Part shown: positions 54,700 through 64,000 of the stretch, piece after piece | How the letters are laid out: every line of letters begins with the position of its first letter | Numbering within the stretch: the stretch's first letter is position 1 | DNA from: Spirochaetales bacterium Spiro_04 | Lineage (GTDB): Bacteria > Spirochaetota > Spirochaetia > Sphaerochaetales > Sphaerochaetaceae | Direction: 5' to 3' | Length of the DNA: 64,000 nucleotides | NCBI GenBank assembly: GCA_001604325.1 | Contig: LVBF01000013.1 | Location: forward strand, 8,323 to 72,322 | Notes under the pieces: model-generated | Seen by the model: only the letters and a program-made list of their open reading frames with translations | Database searches by the model: none | What the model was told of the DNA's origin: nothing | Position numbers and translations under genes: made by a program

Positions 54700-55296
54700 A
54701 TGCAAAGAGGATTTTTCACTCGGTTTTGGGTCATTGGCTACATCGTCGGGGCGCTGGTCGCTGCGCTGGGAGTCTTCGTCATGTTCCAAGAGGAGTCCTT
54801 TCTGCGTTTCTTCGTTGTCCTGCTCGGTCTCTTCGTGACCATCTCCGCAGTGGTGCAGCTCATCGGCCTCTCTTCATATCACTTGAATCTCTTCTTCCAG
54901 CGTACCACCCTGGTGCGCGCCATCGTCTCGATCATCCTCGGCCTCTGTGCCGTGATCCTTCCGCTGGCGACCGCCAAGGTCAGCTGGATGCTGTTGCTCT
55001 ATACGATGGCCACGGTGCTCGGCCTCTCGGCGATCATCACCATCATCGATGCAATCCTCACCGCAAAGGGGGGAGACTTCCGCTCCTCGTTGCTCCTCGA
55101 CGGAATCTTCAGCTTGGTTGTCTCCATCCTGCTCTTCGCCTTCCCGGATAAGATCGGCACGGTCCTCTTGAAGCTGGTGGGCCTGGTGATCATCATCGCA
55201 GGCCTCTCTCTCGTCGTCCTCGCGAGCCGTGGACGTTCGCTTTCAAAGAGATTGAAGGCGCTGACCATCGAGGGTGAGGGCGAGATCATCCCGTGA
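54700..55296 (+). CDS. HdeD/DUF308-like membrane protein
   Basis: Six hydrophobic helices in repeated pairs; GGAGG RBS. Confidence 0.7.
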   Translation: MQRGFFTRFWVIGYIVGALVAALGVFVMFQEESFLRFFVVLLGLFVTISAVVQLIGLSSYHLNLFFQRTTLVRAIVSIILGLCAVILPLATAKVSWMLLLYTMATVLGLSAIITIIDAILTAKGGDFRSSLLLDGIFSLVVSILLFAFPDKIGTVLLKLVGLVIIIAGLSLVVLASRGRSLSKRLKALTIEGEGEIIP

Positions 55297-57096
55297 TCAA
55301 GGGATGAGCAGCGACGCGGCGATGCCCCACCGCTGGACCTCCTCGTCGCGAGGAGTCGATTCTCCGCCAACGGGGATGATCGTCGAAGAGAGCGGGAGAA
55401 GCTTGCGGGTGAAGAGGTAGTCGACCCGCTCCTTGATCTCTCCCAAGGCGATGGTGTTGCCGCTGTCCGTATCCGCCGAGAAGTGGGTGAGGCGATAGAC
55501 ATCCCAAAACTGCTCCTCCTCCAAGGCCGCACCGAGCGGCCAGAGGTAGTCGACTTGTCGGTACGAGATCGGGCTGAACGAGGACCAGTCTTGGTGGGAT
55601 GGCTCGTACAGACTTCCCGCGAGGATGGTGGGTTCGACCTTCAGCCCCGTCCGGGCGATGGAGAGCAGGGTTTTGAGACGGGGCTCACTGAGGCGCTTCT
55701 GTGTCTCCTTCCACCCCTCTTCTCCGTCGAGGAAGGAAGAGAGCACCTCATACTCGACGAGATTTGCCAGCGAGAGGCGGAGCGTTTGTTCACCGTTGAG
55801 GCGTACCTGCACCGAATTCTTGGTCGCCTCGAGGACCTCGAGCGGGGTGATGACCGCCCCGCCTTCAAGCAGGACGGCATTGACAGCGAGGCGCTTGACC
55901 AGGGATGTGACGTTCTCCATCGCTCCGGTCACGAAGATCACCGGAGCTTCGAGGTCGCTGATTGAGCGCGCGACGCTGTCGGCCAGATCGCTGCCCTGCC
56001 AGGGCACATCGCTGAGGGGGAGCAGAAGGGTCTTGAGGATGCTGCCCTTGGGGATGACCTTCACCGTACTGCTGATGACGTAGCGGTGGGGGAGCGTCAA
56101 TTCGGAAAGCGGGGGGATGAGGCGGGCCAGTTCGCGCTCCTCCTCCAGGCGCGCGGCCTCTTGCGCTTGTGCCAACAGACGAAGCTGCTCTTGCTGGAGG
56201 CGATCCGCTTCGGCCGCGGCTTCGATGCGGTGCTGTTCATCAAGGGCGGCCGTGGCGATCGTGAGCTGGGATGAGAGGGCTTCACGCTCCTCACTCAGTG
56301 CCCTGAGCTCCTCAGTGAGTTGGGTGATCCGCTCTCCCTGCTCATCGACGAGCCGCTGTTGTTGTTCCAGGGCCACGGTGGCTGCGGCGAGCTGCTCTGC
56401 AATGGTCTGTCCATCCTCCGCCTGTTCATCAAGGGCGGCGTTGGCAGCTGTGAGACGGTCCACCAGCGCACGGCGCTCCTCGGCCAGTGCGTTGAGCTCA
56501 TCAGTGAGTTGGGTGACCTGCCCCCTCAGTTCAAAGACGAGTTGCTGCTGTTGTGCCAGGGCCTGGGTGGCTGAGGCCAGCTGTTTCCCAATGGTCTGTC
56601 CATCCTCCTCCTGTTCATCGAAGAGGGCGATGACCATCTCCTGCTGTGAGAGGAGCTCTTGCTGTTCATCAAGGGTGGCGTTGGCGGATGTGAGACGGTC
56701 CAGAAGCGCACGGCGCTCCTCGGTCAGTGCCTTGATCTCTTCATCGAGGGTGGTGATGGCGGCTTGTTGCTCATCGATGAGCTGCTTTCCTGCTGCGATG
56801 TCTGCCTGCAGCAGCGGTATCGTGTCGTCCTGTTCATAGGCGGCGACGGTGTTCTCCAGGTCGTTGATCATCGCTTGCAGGATTGCGATGGTCTCCAGAC
56901 TGCTCATCTCCTCAATGTGGGCTGCCTCCGCCTCTTGCTCTTTGACGATCAGCGAGTGCTTTGTCACCGGCAGGTCGCTGCCCTCTGTCGTGGGGATGGT
57001 GATGGAAGACATCGCATCCCGGGCAGTGTAGCTTGCACAGCCGGTGACGAGGGTGAGGGTGATGATCAATAGGATGGTTGGCAGTCGTCGTCTCAT
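55297..57096 (-). CDS. Lipoprotein with long coiled coil and degenerate EEP-like C-terminal domain
   Basis: LVTGC lipobox; Q/E/L/A heptads; PTILAGSLYEPSHQDW, FWDVYR, ERVDYLF. Confidence 0.72.
   Translation of the reverse strand: MRRRLPTILLIITLTLVTGCASYTARDAMSSITIPTTEGSDLPVTKHSLIVKEQEAEAAHIEEMSSLETIAILQAMINDLENTVAAYEQDDTIPLLQADIAAGKQLIDEQQAAITTLDEEIKALTEERRALLDRLTSANATLDEQQELLSQQEMVIALFDEQEEDGQTIGKQLASATQALAQQQQLVFELRGQVTQLTDELNALAEERRALVDRLTAANAALDEQAEDGQTIAEQLAAATVALEQQQRLVDEQGERITQLTEELRALSEEREALSSQLTIATAALDEQHRIEAAAEADRLQQEQLRLLAQAQEAARLEEERELARLIPPLSELTLPHRYVISSTVKVIPKGSILKTLLLPLSDVPWQGSDLADSVARSISDLEAPVIFVTGAMENVTSLVKRLAVNAVLLEGGAVITPLEVLEATKNSVQVRLNGEQTLRLSLANLVEYEVLSSFLDGEEGWKETQKRLSEPRLKTLLSIARTGLKVEPTILAGSLYEPSHQDWSSFSPISYRQVDYLWPLGAALEEEQFWDVYRLTHFSADTDSGNTIALGEIKERVDYLFTRKLLPLSSTIIPVGGESTPRDEEVQRWGIAASLLIP
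56230..56760. repeat. Intragenic degenerate 189-bp (63-aa) repeat
   Basis: CTGTTCATC anchor at 56233, 56422 and 56611 (period 189), again at 56662; shared block TGTGAGACGGTCCA...GCGCACGGCGCTCCTCGG in two copies. Confidence 0.85.
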
Positions 57097-57106
57097 GGTA
57101 TGTTCC

Positions 57107-57388
57107 TCAGTTGGAGAAGAAGGCCTCGGCCTTCGCCTTGGCTTCAGCCTTTTTTTGCTCGCGGGAGTCGGTGTCCTCACCGAGCATGAAGAGTTCACAG
57201 TAGTTGGCGCTCATCTTGTCGATGATGTCTTCCTCGACTTCCTCGAGGCAATCGTGATAGCTGCCCGGGCTGTAGAAGCGGCAGTTGATACAGCTGTGCA
57301 GACTCTTGGCGCACGATGGGCAGACTGTCGCGTAGCCAATGGTGTAGAGCGCGTCGATGGGGGCATGGCAGTGGTGGCAGGCGCGCAT
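57107..57388 (-). CDS. Small Cys-rich (zinc-ribbon-like) protein
   Basis: CHHC, CPSC, CINC plus two further Cys; basic C-terminal helix ending AEAFF. Confidence 0.75.
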   Translation of the reverse strand: MRACHHCHAPIDALYTIGYATVCPSCAKSLHSCINCRFYSPGSYHDCLEEVEEDIIDKMSANYCELFMLGEDTDSREQKKAEAKAKAEAFFSN

Positions 57389-57390
57389 GG

Positions 57391-57792
57391 TCAAAACTCC
57401 AGTCGCCGTCCAAGGCGCTGTATTTCACCCTCTTCGTATTGCTCTTTGGAGAGGAGAAAGTGCTTCTGATCGTCCTTATAGCGGGGGATGACATGGATGT
57501 GCAGGTGGGGCACCTCCTGTCCACTCTCCTTGCCGTTGTTGATGACGATATTGGTCGCATCGCAACCGAGGGTCTGTCTCAGCTGCGCATCGGCCCTCTT
57601 GACGAGGCGCATCAGGTGGGCGAGCGTGGCCTCAGGGCAATCGGCAAGGGTAGGATAGCTCTCGTTGGTGATGACGAGCAGATGTCCCTTGTTGACTGGG
57701 TTGATATCGAGAATGACGAAACAGAGCTCGTCTTGGTGGAGTTTTACACTGGGGATCACCCCATCACGGATCTTTGTGAAAATCGTTTCCAT
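57391..57792 (-). CDS. HIT-family nucleotide hydrolase
   Basis: TIFTKI, LDINP, GHLLV, GQEVPHLHIHVIPR. Confidence 0.93.
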   Translation of the reverse strand: METIFTKIRDGVIPSVKLHQDELCFVILDINPVNKGHLLVITNESYPTLADCPEATLAHLMRLVKRADAQLRQTLGCDATNIVINNGKESGQEVPHLHIHVIPRYKDDQKHFLLSKEQYEEGEIQRLGRRLEF

Positions 57793-57860
57793 GGCGTACC
57801 TCGCGCCCATTGTAGCATACAATTGTCGCCTCAGAAAAGGATTGTGGTGGACAAAAGGGA

Positions 57861-58042
57861 TTGAACAAAGATTTACAATATACTACTATCTCCGAGGTGG
57901 TTGGACGGTATGAGTCACCTCCCTTTTTTTCGACTGCTAATCTGTTCTGTACTCTAGAAAAAGAGTTCTCCCAGTGGTTGGTTGGCAATGAGGAAAATCT
58001 GTCGAATACGTCAATACTCCATTGGGATAGAGGTTATACAAT
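57861..58042 (+). promoter_or_regulatory. fusA promoter and structured leader of about 150 nt
   Basis: TTGAAC(57861)-17-TACTAT(57884-57889); hairpin 57894-57921 followed by a T7 run; long-range stem 57969-57977/58019-58027 beside the RBS. Confidence 0.55.
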
Positions 58043-60139
58043 ATGGCAAATGTGCATACATTGAGGAACATTGGGATCAGTGCCCACATCGACTCGGGCA
58101 AGACGACGCTCTCCGAGCGGATCCTCTACTACTGCAACAAAATCCACGAAATCCATGAGGTTCGTGGGAAAGACGGCGTCGGTGCGACCATGGACAGCAT
58201 GGAGCTGGAGCGCGAACGTGGCATCACGATCGCCAGCGCAGCCACCAACGTCATCTGGCGTGATCATGAGATCAACGTCATCGATACCCCGGGTCACGTC
58301 GACTTCACCATCGAGGTGGAGCGCTCGCTCAGGGTGCTCGACGGAGCGGTGTTGGTGCTCTGCTCGGTCGGAGGGGTCCAGAGCCAGTCCCTGACCGTCG
58401 ACCGGCAGATGAAGCGCTACCACGTCCCCCGCATCGCCTTCATCAACAAGTGCGACCGAACCGGTGCGAACCCGTACCGGGTCAAGAACCAGCTGGTGGA
58501 GAAGCTCGGCCTCAATGCCGTGCTGATGCAGATTCCCATCGGCCTCGAGGATCGCCTCGAGGGTATGGTCGACTTGGTGACGATGAAGGCGCTGTACTTC
58601 GATGCCGGTCCCCACAAAGACCAGGTGCGTGAGGAGGAGATTCCCTCCCACCTGCTCGAGGAGGCGAAGGCGCGCCGCGAGGAGCTCCTCGACGGCGTCT
58701 CGCTCTGCAGCGATGAGCTGATGGAAGCGATGCTGGAAGAGAACGTGACCGTGGAGATCCTCAACAAGGCCATCCGCGAGGCGACGATCTCGCTGCAGCT
58801 CTGCCCGGTCTTCATGGGCTCCGCGTACAAGAACAAGGGAATCCAGCCGCTGCTCGATGCGGTGGTCAACTATCTGCCCAACCCGACCGATGTCGTGAAC
58901 AAGGCCCTCGATCTGGACAACCACGAGGAGGAGGTGATCCTCCACTCCGATGACGATCTGCCGACCGTCGCCCTCGCCTTCAAACTCGAGGACGGCCAAT
59001 ACGGACAGCTGACCTATATCCGTGTCTATCAAGGCAAGATTCGCAAGGGGGACGAGCTCTACAACACCCGCTCACGGCGCAAATTCCGTGTCGGCCGGCT
59101 CATCAGGATGCACGCCTCGACCATGGAGGACCTCACCGAGGCCGGGTCGGGCGAAATCGCGGCGCTCTTCGGCATCGACTGTGCCAGCGGCGACACCTTC
59201 TGCGACCCGAAGCTCAACTACTCCCTCTCCTCGATGTACGTTCCCAACCCGGTCATTTCCCTTGCCGTCAAGCCGGTGGACAAGAAGGCCAGCGACAATA
59301 TGGCCAAAGCGTTGAACCGCTTCACCAAGGAGGACCCGACCTTCCGTACCTTCGTCGACCCGGAGTCCAACCAGACGATCATCCAAGGGATGGGAGAGCT
59401 ACACCTGGAAGTCTATGTCGAGCGTATGAAGCGCGAGTACAAGGCCGAGGTGGAGATCGGACAGCCTGAGGTCGCCTATCGCGAGGCCATCACGGCGCGC
59501 GCCGACTTCAACTACACCCACAAGAAGCAGACCGGAGGATCGGGGCAGTACGCCCGGGTCGCCGGCTACATCGAACCGTTGGTGGACACCGGTGGTGATG
59601 AGCCCGTGAATTACGAGTTCGTCGATGAGATCAAGGGTGGGACGATTCCCAGCGAGTTCATCCCCTCCTGCGACAAGGGCTTCCAGACGGCCATCAAGAA
59701 GGGCAGTCAGGTCGGCTTCCCGATCCTCGGGGTCAGGGCGGTCATCAACGACGGCGCCTGGCACGCCGTCGACTCCTCGGACATGGCCTTCCAGACGGCG
59801 GCGCTCAGCGCCTTCCGCGAGGCGTTCGAGCGGGCAAAACCCGTCATCCTCGAGCCGATCATGCGGGTCGAGGTCGTCGCTCCCAACGAGTTCCAGGGCA
59901 GTGTCTTCGCCTCCATCAACCAGAGGCGCGGCATGATCGTCAGCTCGACTGAGGATACCACTTCCAGTACGGTGGTGGCCGAGGTCCCGCTCTCCGAGAT
60001 GTTCGGCTACTCGACGGTGTTGCGCTCCTTGACCCAGGGCAAGGGCGAGTTCACCATGGAGATCGGCAAATATGGACGGGTCCCGGTCAGCGTCTCCGAG
60101 GAGCTGAAGAAGGCCTACCAGGAGAAGCGTAAGCACTGA
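58043..60139 (+). CDS. fusA: Elongation factor G (EF-G1, spirochaete/mitochondrial-like type)
   Basis: [43 protein letters not shown]; not flanked by rpsL/rpsG/tuf. Confidence 0.96.
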   Translation: MANVHTLRNIGISAHIDSGKTTLSERILYYCNKIHEIHEVRGKDGVGATMDSMELERERGITIASAATNVIWRDHEINVIDTPGHVDFTIEVERSLRVLDGAVLVLCSVGGVQSQSLTVDRQMKRYHVPRIAFINKCDRTGANPYRVKNQLVEKLGLNAVLMQIPIGLEDRLEGMVDLVTMKALYFDAGPHKDQVREEEIPSHLLEEAKARREELLDGVSLCSDELMEAMLEENVTVEILNKAIREATISLQLCPVFMGSAYKNKGIQPLLDAVVNYLPNPTDVVNKALDLDNHEEEVILHSDDDLPTVALAFKLEDGQYGQLTYIRVYQGKIRKGDELYNTRSRRKFRVGRLIRMHASTMEDLTEAGSGEIAALFGIDCASGDTFCDPKLNYSLSSMYVPNPVISLAVKPVDKKASDNMAKALNRFTKEDPTFRTFVDPESNQTIIQGMGELHLEVYVERMKREYKAEVEIGQPEVAYREAITARADFNYTHKKQTGGSGQYARVAGYIEPLVDTGGDEPVNYEFVDEIKGGTIPSEFIPSCDKGFQTAIKKGSQVGFPILGVRAVINDGAWHAVDSSDMAFQTAALSAFREAFERAKPVILEPIMRVEVVAPNEFQGSVFASINQRRGMIVSSTEDTTSSTVVAEVPLSEMFGYSTVLRSLTQGKGEFTMEIGKYGRVPVSVSEELKKAYQEKRKH

Positions 60140-60160
60140 TCGTCTGTCCAATTACAGTAA

Positions 60161-60203
60161 AAACCCCCACAAAGTCGATGAACTTTTGGGGGTTGTTCTT
60201 TTT
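60161..60203 (+). terminator. Probable terminator after fusA
   Basis: AACCCCCA(C)AAAG...CTTTTGGGGGTT followed by GTTCTTTTT. Confidence 0.6.
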
Positions 60204-60280
60204 CCCGGAGTAAAAAGTACCCAACTGGTCCGTTTCATAGTATACTGAATTCAACGAATACCACTGGGAGGTGAGGGTAC

Positions 60281-60988
60281 ATGGAAATACAAGAATTGAA
60301 CGACTTGAGTCCTCTTCGCGTTTTTGACGAGTCGCTGGGCGGAGGTCTCGGTCGTGGGAACCTCGGAGTGCTTGTGTCTCGTCACGGGGTCGGCAAGACA
60401 GCATGCCTGGTGCACTTGGCCACCGACAAGCTGTTGCATTCAGAACATGTGATCCACGTCTCCTTCAGCGGAAACGTCGAACACGTCATCAACTGGTATA
60501 AGGAAGTGTTCCGAGAGGTGTCCGAGGGGCGTAGCCTCGATGACGCGGCCTCGGTGTATAATAACATTCTCTCCAATCGTGTGGTCATGAACTTCAGCCA
60601 AGAGAACGTCACCATCGACAAGGTGCTCTCCAGTCTGGAGACCTTGATCAAGCACGGCTCCTTCAAGGCGGATGCGATCCTCTTCGACGGCTATAAGCTG
60701 ACCATCGCCACCGAGGATGATGTGCGGAAGATCAAGGCGTTCGCCCAAGAGATGAACCTCGAGGTCTGGTTCAGCGTCTCGCCGGTACGAGCCGACGTGA
60801 CCTACGACAAGTATGGGGTACCCAGTACCATGCTCAAGTACATCGACCTGATCGATGTCCTCATCGGCCTGATCTACAACGAGGAGCGCGACAAGGTGGT
60901 GATGACCGCCGTCAAGGCCCAAGGGGCCATGATGGAGAAGCCGATGGGCGTCTCCCTCGATCCAAAGACGATGTTGATCTCCAAGTAG
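60281..60988 (+). CDS. Small RecA/KaiC-like P-loop ATPase of unknown function
   Basis: GGGLGRGNL, Walker A-like SRHGVGKT, Walker B-like AILFDG; GGAGGTGA RBS. Confidence 0.78.
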   Translation: MEIQELNDLSPLRVFDESLGGGLGRGNLGVLVSRHGVGKTACLVHLATDKLLHSEHVIHVSFSGNVEHVINWYKEVFREVSEGRSLDDAASVYNNILSNRVVMNFSQENVTIDKVLSSLETLIKHGSFKADAILFDGYKLTIATEDDVRKIKAFAQEMNLEVWFSVSPVRADVTYDKYGVPSTMLKYIDLIDVLIGLIYNEERDKVVMTAVKAQGAMMEKPMGVSLDPKTMLISK

Positions 60989-61009
60989 GAGATTTCTCAT
61001 GATGGGAGT

Positions 61010-61033
61010 GCAGGCCGCCGAGAGGCGGCCTGT
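61010..61033. terminator. GC-rich hairpin between convergent genes
   Basis: GCAGGCCGCC-GAGA-GGCGGCCTGT; no strong U-tract. Confidence 0.55.
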
Positions 61034-61164
61034 AGTCGCTCATGGGAGAGACAGCTCCCTGCACTTCTCCCAGGTCATTCCCGCCAGGGCCCCTTCGCTT
61101 GGCAGTTGGATACGCTCGAGGTGAATTCCTCTACGCTGAAATGGAAGAAATAGTGGTATGGCAG

Positions 61165-62646
61165 TTAAAAAAGAGTAATTCCTGCTTGTTTGCTGTTCCT
61201 TTTCACTCTCTTTCTGCGCTTGTACCGTTGTAGCGCAAAAACTATGAAGCAAGTATTCCACAGCTTTCTTGGGGTGATATGAACAGGAGACGGGAGGAAC
61301 ATTGCGCCATATTCGCTGAACGTTTTCACAAATCGATGATACTTATGCTGTTCCTGCGCAGTCCAGAGGGACTCGGCACCTGCAATCAGGCGGGGAAATA
61401 GATGGAGATCCCGCTGCTCCCTGTCAACGATGTACTCGGTCCAGAGCATGAACACTGAACCAAGCAAGGAGAAGTCCTTCTTCTTTTGTAGCCGTTTGCC
61501 GTATCGGTAAACTTCAAGGAGGGGAAGCAACGTATGGTCCATATCCAGATAGGTGTGGAAGTAGTCACTCATAATCACTGGATGTGTAGACCGTGTAACC
61601 TTCAGCAATGGGTTCCACACCTGGATGATAATCTTCTCGTCATACGCTTGGTTCACGTAGTCATTGTAGAGCAGTACCTGCTTTCCCAAGCTTCGCGCAT
61701 AGCTTGTCACCTCATTGCAGAACCATCTCAGCAATGCTTTCTCATCGGGTAATCCCAATAGGTATTTTTGGTTTTGGCAATTGGGGCATTCTGCCCAACG
61801 GTTCAAGGGGATCTCATCCCCTCCTAAATGAATATATGGGGCGGGAAATAGAGAGGCGATTTCCTCAAGGATCTGTTTCACGAAGACAAGCGACTCTTTC
61901 TTTCCGACACAGAGGATGTCTTGAAAAATACCCTCACCATTCGGAATAGTGAATGGTCCTCCCGTACAGCTGAACGCAGGATAGGCAGAGAGGGCTGCAG
62001 TGAAATGTCCCGGCATGTCAATCTCCGGGATGATCATAATCTGCCTGTCCTGTGCATACGCAACCAGCTCTTTGATTTCTTGCTTTGTATACCGTCCCGA
62101 TGCACCCTCTCCCAAATTGGGATATCGATCCGAGATGATTCTCCAGCCTTGGTCGTCACTGAGGTGCAGGTGCAGTACATTCATTTTGAAGGTGGCAAGG
62201 ATGTCGATAATCCGTCGTATTTCAGCGATTGGGCAGAAAGACCTGGCGACATCCAACATGAAAGCCCTCCAGGGGAGCGCGGGGGAATCCTCAAGGCGGC
62301 AGCAAGGGATGGCATGTGGGTAGGCGAGAAAGAGTTGACGCAATGTTTGCACCGCATAGAAAACCCCCTTCACACTCTTTGCTTCAATTTTGCATTCACG
62401 TGGAAGTAATTCCAGGCGATATGCGTCTTCATTCTGCAAGTCGTTCTTCTTTTGAATAGTGAGATTCTGTAATCGTTCATTCTCTGCAGCCGTTTCATCC
62501 ACATACTCCCTGATGTAGTGCATCGCATTGCTGCTCGAGAAGAAAGGGTCGAGGGCAACAATCATTTGTGATGGTTTTGTGAATGTACCGGACAGCATAA
62601 CGACGGTACCTGAAGGATAGGGAATGAGAGGGAGTGTCTCTGCCAT
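61165..62646 (-). CDS. Beta-N-acetylhexosaminidase (GH20)
   Basis: MLDVAR, HLHLSDDQGW, PEIDMPGH, catalytic HLGGDE, LWTE, FPRL. Confidence 0.92.
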   Translation of the reverse strand: MAETLPLIPYPSGTVVMLSGTFTKPSQMIVALDPFFSSSNAMHYIREYVDETAAENERLQNLTIQKKNDLQNEDAYRLELLPRECKIEAKSVKGVFYAVQTLRQLFLAYPHAIPCCRLEDSPALPWRAFMLDVARSFCPIAEIRRIIDILATFKMNVLHLHLSDDQGWRIISDRYPNLGEGASGRYTKQEIKELVAYAQDRQIMIIPEIDMPGHFTAALSAYPAFSCTGGPFTIPNGEGIFQDILCVGKKESLVFVKQILEEIASLFPAPYIHLGGDEIPLNRWAECPNCQNQKYLLGLPDEKALLRWFCNEVTSYARSLGKQVLLYNDYVNQAYDEKIIIQVWNPLLKVTRSTHPVIMSDYFHTYLDMDHTLLPLLEVYRYGKRLQKKKDFSLLGSVFMLWTEYIVDREQRDLHLFPRLIAGAESLWTAQEQHKYHRFVKTFSEYGAMFLPSPVHITPRKLWNTCFIVFALQRYKRRKRVKRNSKQAGITLF

Positions 62647-62656
62647 ATGCGTTGTA

Positions 62657-63487
62657 CTATTCCTTTACTGCCCCGGAGGCGAATCCTTGGGCGATTTTAT
62701 CTTTGAAGATCAAATAGAAGATGATCATCGGTACCGTACCGATGACTAATGCCGCAAACTGCAGGCCGTAATCGCGGGACATGCCTCCTGCGAAGCTGTT
62801 GATCCCGACGGGTAACGAGCGTACGGTGAGATCGCTGGTTAAAGTCAAAACCAGTATGAATTCATTCCAGTTACCCAGGAATGTATAGATGAACATGGTG
62901 GAAATAATGGGTGTGGCGACCGGGATGATGATTTTTAGGAACACCTCCTGGAACGTCGCCCCATCAATGATGGCCGACTCCTGCATGGCATCGGGGATTC
63001 CCTTGATGTACGTGGTGGAAAGGAAGACCTGGAAGGGGAGTCCAAATGCAATGTAGGGGAGGATGACTCCCAACCTCGTGTTGGCCAGACCCAGGTTCGT
63101 TTCCATGATGAACAAGGGGATGATAACCGAGTGGACGGTGATGAGGAGCCCCAACATATAGAACATGGAGATGATACGGCTGCTCTTGTAATGGAATTTG
63201 GAGAGCGCATACCCACTGCTCAGTGCAAAGAGTACGGTAAAGACGGTGGCGGTCATGGAGTATACGATGCTGTTGACAAAGTAGATACCCAAATGTCCTT
63301 GTGTCCATGCAAGGATGAAATTGTCCATATACCACGTCATTGGGGGCTGGAGCGGGTGGCGTACGATGTGGGCATGGGGTTTGAAGGCGCTGAGAATCAT
63401 CCAGGCCAGTGGGATGATTGTCAGTAGGGAGAATGTCATCATGAGCACATTGGAGAGGATATTCGTGATGGTGATTGGTTTTTTCAC
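62657..63487 (-). CDS. Carbohydrate ABC transporter permease
   Basis: ESAIIDGA loop, WNEF, C-terminal GAVK; AAGGAGG RBS. Confidence 0.92.
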   Translation of the reverse strand: MKKPITITNILSNVLMMTFSLLTIIPLAWMILSAFKPHAHIVRHPLQPPMTWYMDNFILAWTQGHLGIYFVNSIVYSMTATVFTVLFALSSGYALSKFHYKSSRIISMFYMLGLLITVHSVIIPLFIMETNLGLANTRLGVILPYIAFGLPFQVFLSTTYIKGIPDAMQESAIIDGATFQEVFLKIIIPVATPIISTMFIYTFLGNWNEFILVLTLTSDLTVRSLPVGINSFAGGMSRDYGLQFAALVIGTVPMIIFYLIFKDKIAQGFASGAVKE

Positions 63488-63496
63488 ATATCCTCC

Positions 63497-64000
63497 TTAC
63501 TCGAACCGTTGTTCTAATTTCCCTGTGATGTACTGCAGGATGAGGATCAACCCGACGGCCAACAGGACGATGATCATCGAGGCGGCGCTGCCGAACCCAT
63601 ATTTGTAGTACTTGAAGGTGTTGATATACATGTAGATGGCAATTACTTCGGTGAAGTGGGCGGGCCCTCCACCGGTCATGGAATAGATGAGGTCGAAGGC
63701 TTTAAGACTTCCAGAGATCGCAAATATAGCGGCGGTGGCAATGGTACCCACCATATGTGGAAAAATGATGTGTCCCAGCATCTGTGATTCGCTTGCCCCA
63801 TCAATCTGTGCCGCTTCCAGGAGGGACGGCACCATCTTCTGCAGGTTTGCATAGAAAATGACCATGTAGGTACCAGTATGCATCCAGAGCAGGACGCACA
63901 GGATGGGGAAAATCGCCCACTGCTTATTCTCGAAAATCTTCATTACATACTGAGGCTGTCCACTCAGTTTCCTGACGATGGCCACCACAATCCCCGATGA
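63497..64000 (-). CDS. Carbohydrate ABC transporter permease (5' end outside window)
   Basis: LEAAQIDGA, FDLIYSMTGGGP, YGFGSA. Confidence 0.9.
   Translation of the reverse strand, partial: SSGIVVAIVRKLSGQPQYVMKIFENKQWAIFPILCVLLWMHTGTYMVIFYANLQKMVPSLLEAAQIDGASESQMLGHIIFPHMVGTIATAAIFAISGSLKAFDLIYSMTGGGPAHFTEVIAIYMYINTFKYYKYGFGSAASMIIVLLAVGLILILQYITGKLEQRFE

Noticed and set aside
60281-60988. ATPase as circadian KaiC or DnaB helicase
   Set aside because: It is a single short domain without the duplicated KaiC architecture, kaiA/kaiB neighbours or the DnaB N-terminal domain.

Overview
A gene-dense, GC-rich bacterial chromosome segment, most likely from a Sphaerochaeta-like spirochaete. This assignment is an inference from the class I LysRS, a stand-alone mitochondrial-like EF-G1, the cdaA-ybbR-acpS-truA-udg-priA gene order and Firmicute-like sugar ABC loci. 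Left to right: (1) a glycosaminoglycan-degradation locus (two heparinase II/III-like lyases, GH88, YesM/YesN-type two-component pair, CUT1 ABC importer), separated from a tRNA(CAT, probably Ile2) by a decayed ATPase remnant; (2) rlpA, lysS, an iron-sulfur flavoprotein, era, clpP, an MFS-HEAT fusion and an EEP lipoprotein; (3) rex divergent from a multimeric electron-bifurcating-type [FeFe]-hydrogenase operon; (4) about 9 kb of uncharacterised envelope genes around pepT, with three predicted small beta-barrels; (5) housekeeping genes (GDPD, nfo, M16C peptidase, glpK, cdaA cluster, priA, def, fmt), a patatin-barrel protein, split fumarase, FKBP and a HAD hydrolase; (6) a HIT / Cys-rich / coiled-coil pseudo-EEP operon; (7) fusA with a structured leader and a downstream P-loop ATPase; (8) a lower-GC GH20 + ABC locus running off the right edge. 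No CRISPR array, rRNA or intact mobile element was seen. The most promising leads are a candidate inner-to-outer-membrane tether protein and its barrel cluster, a catalytically degenerate EEP domain on a 63-aa-repeat stalk, recurring leaderless promoters, and two structured 5' leaders. All calls come from reading motifs by eye; no searches were run.
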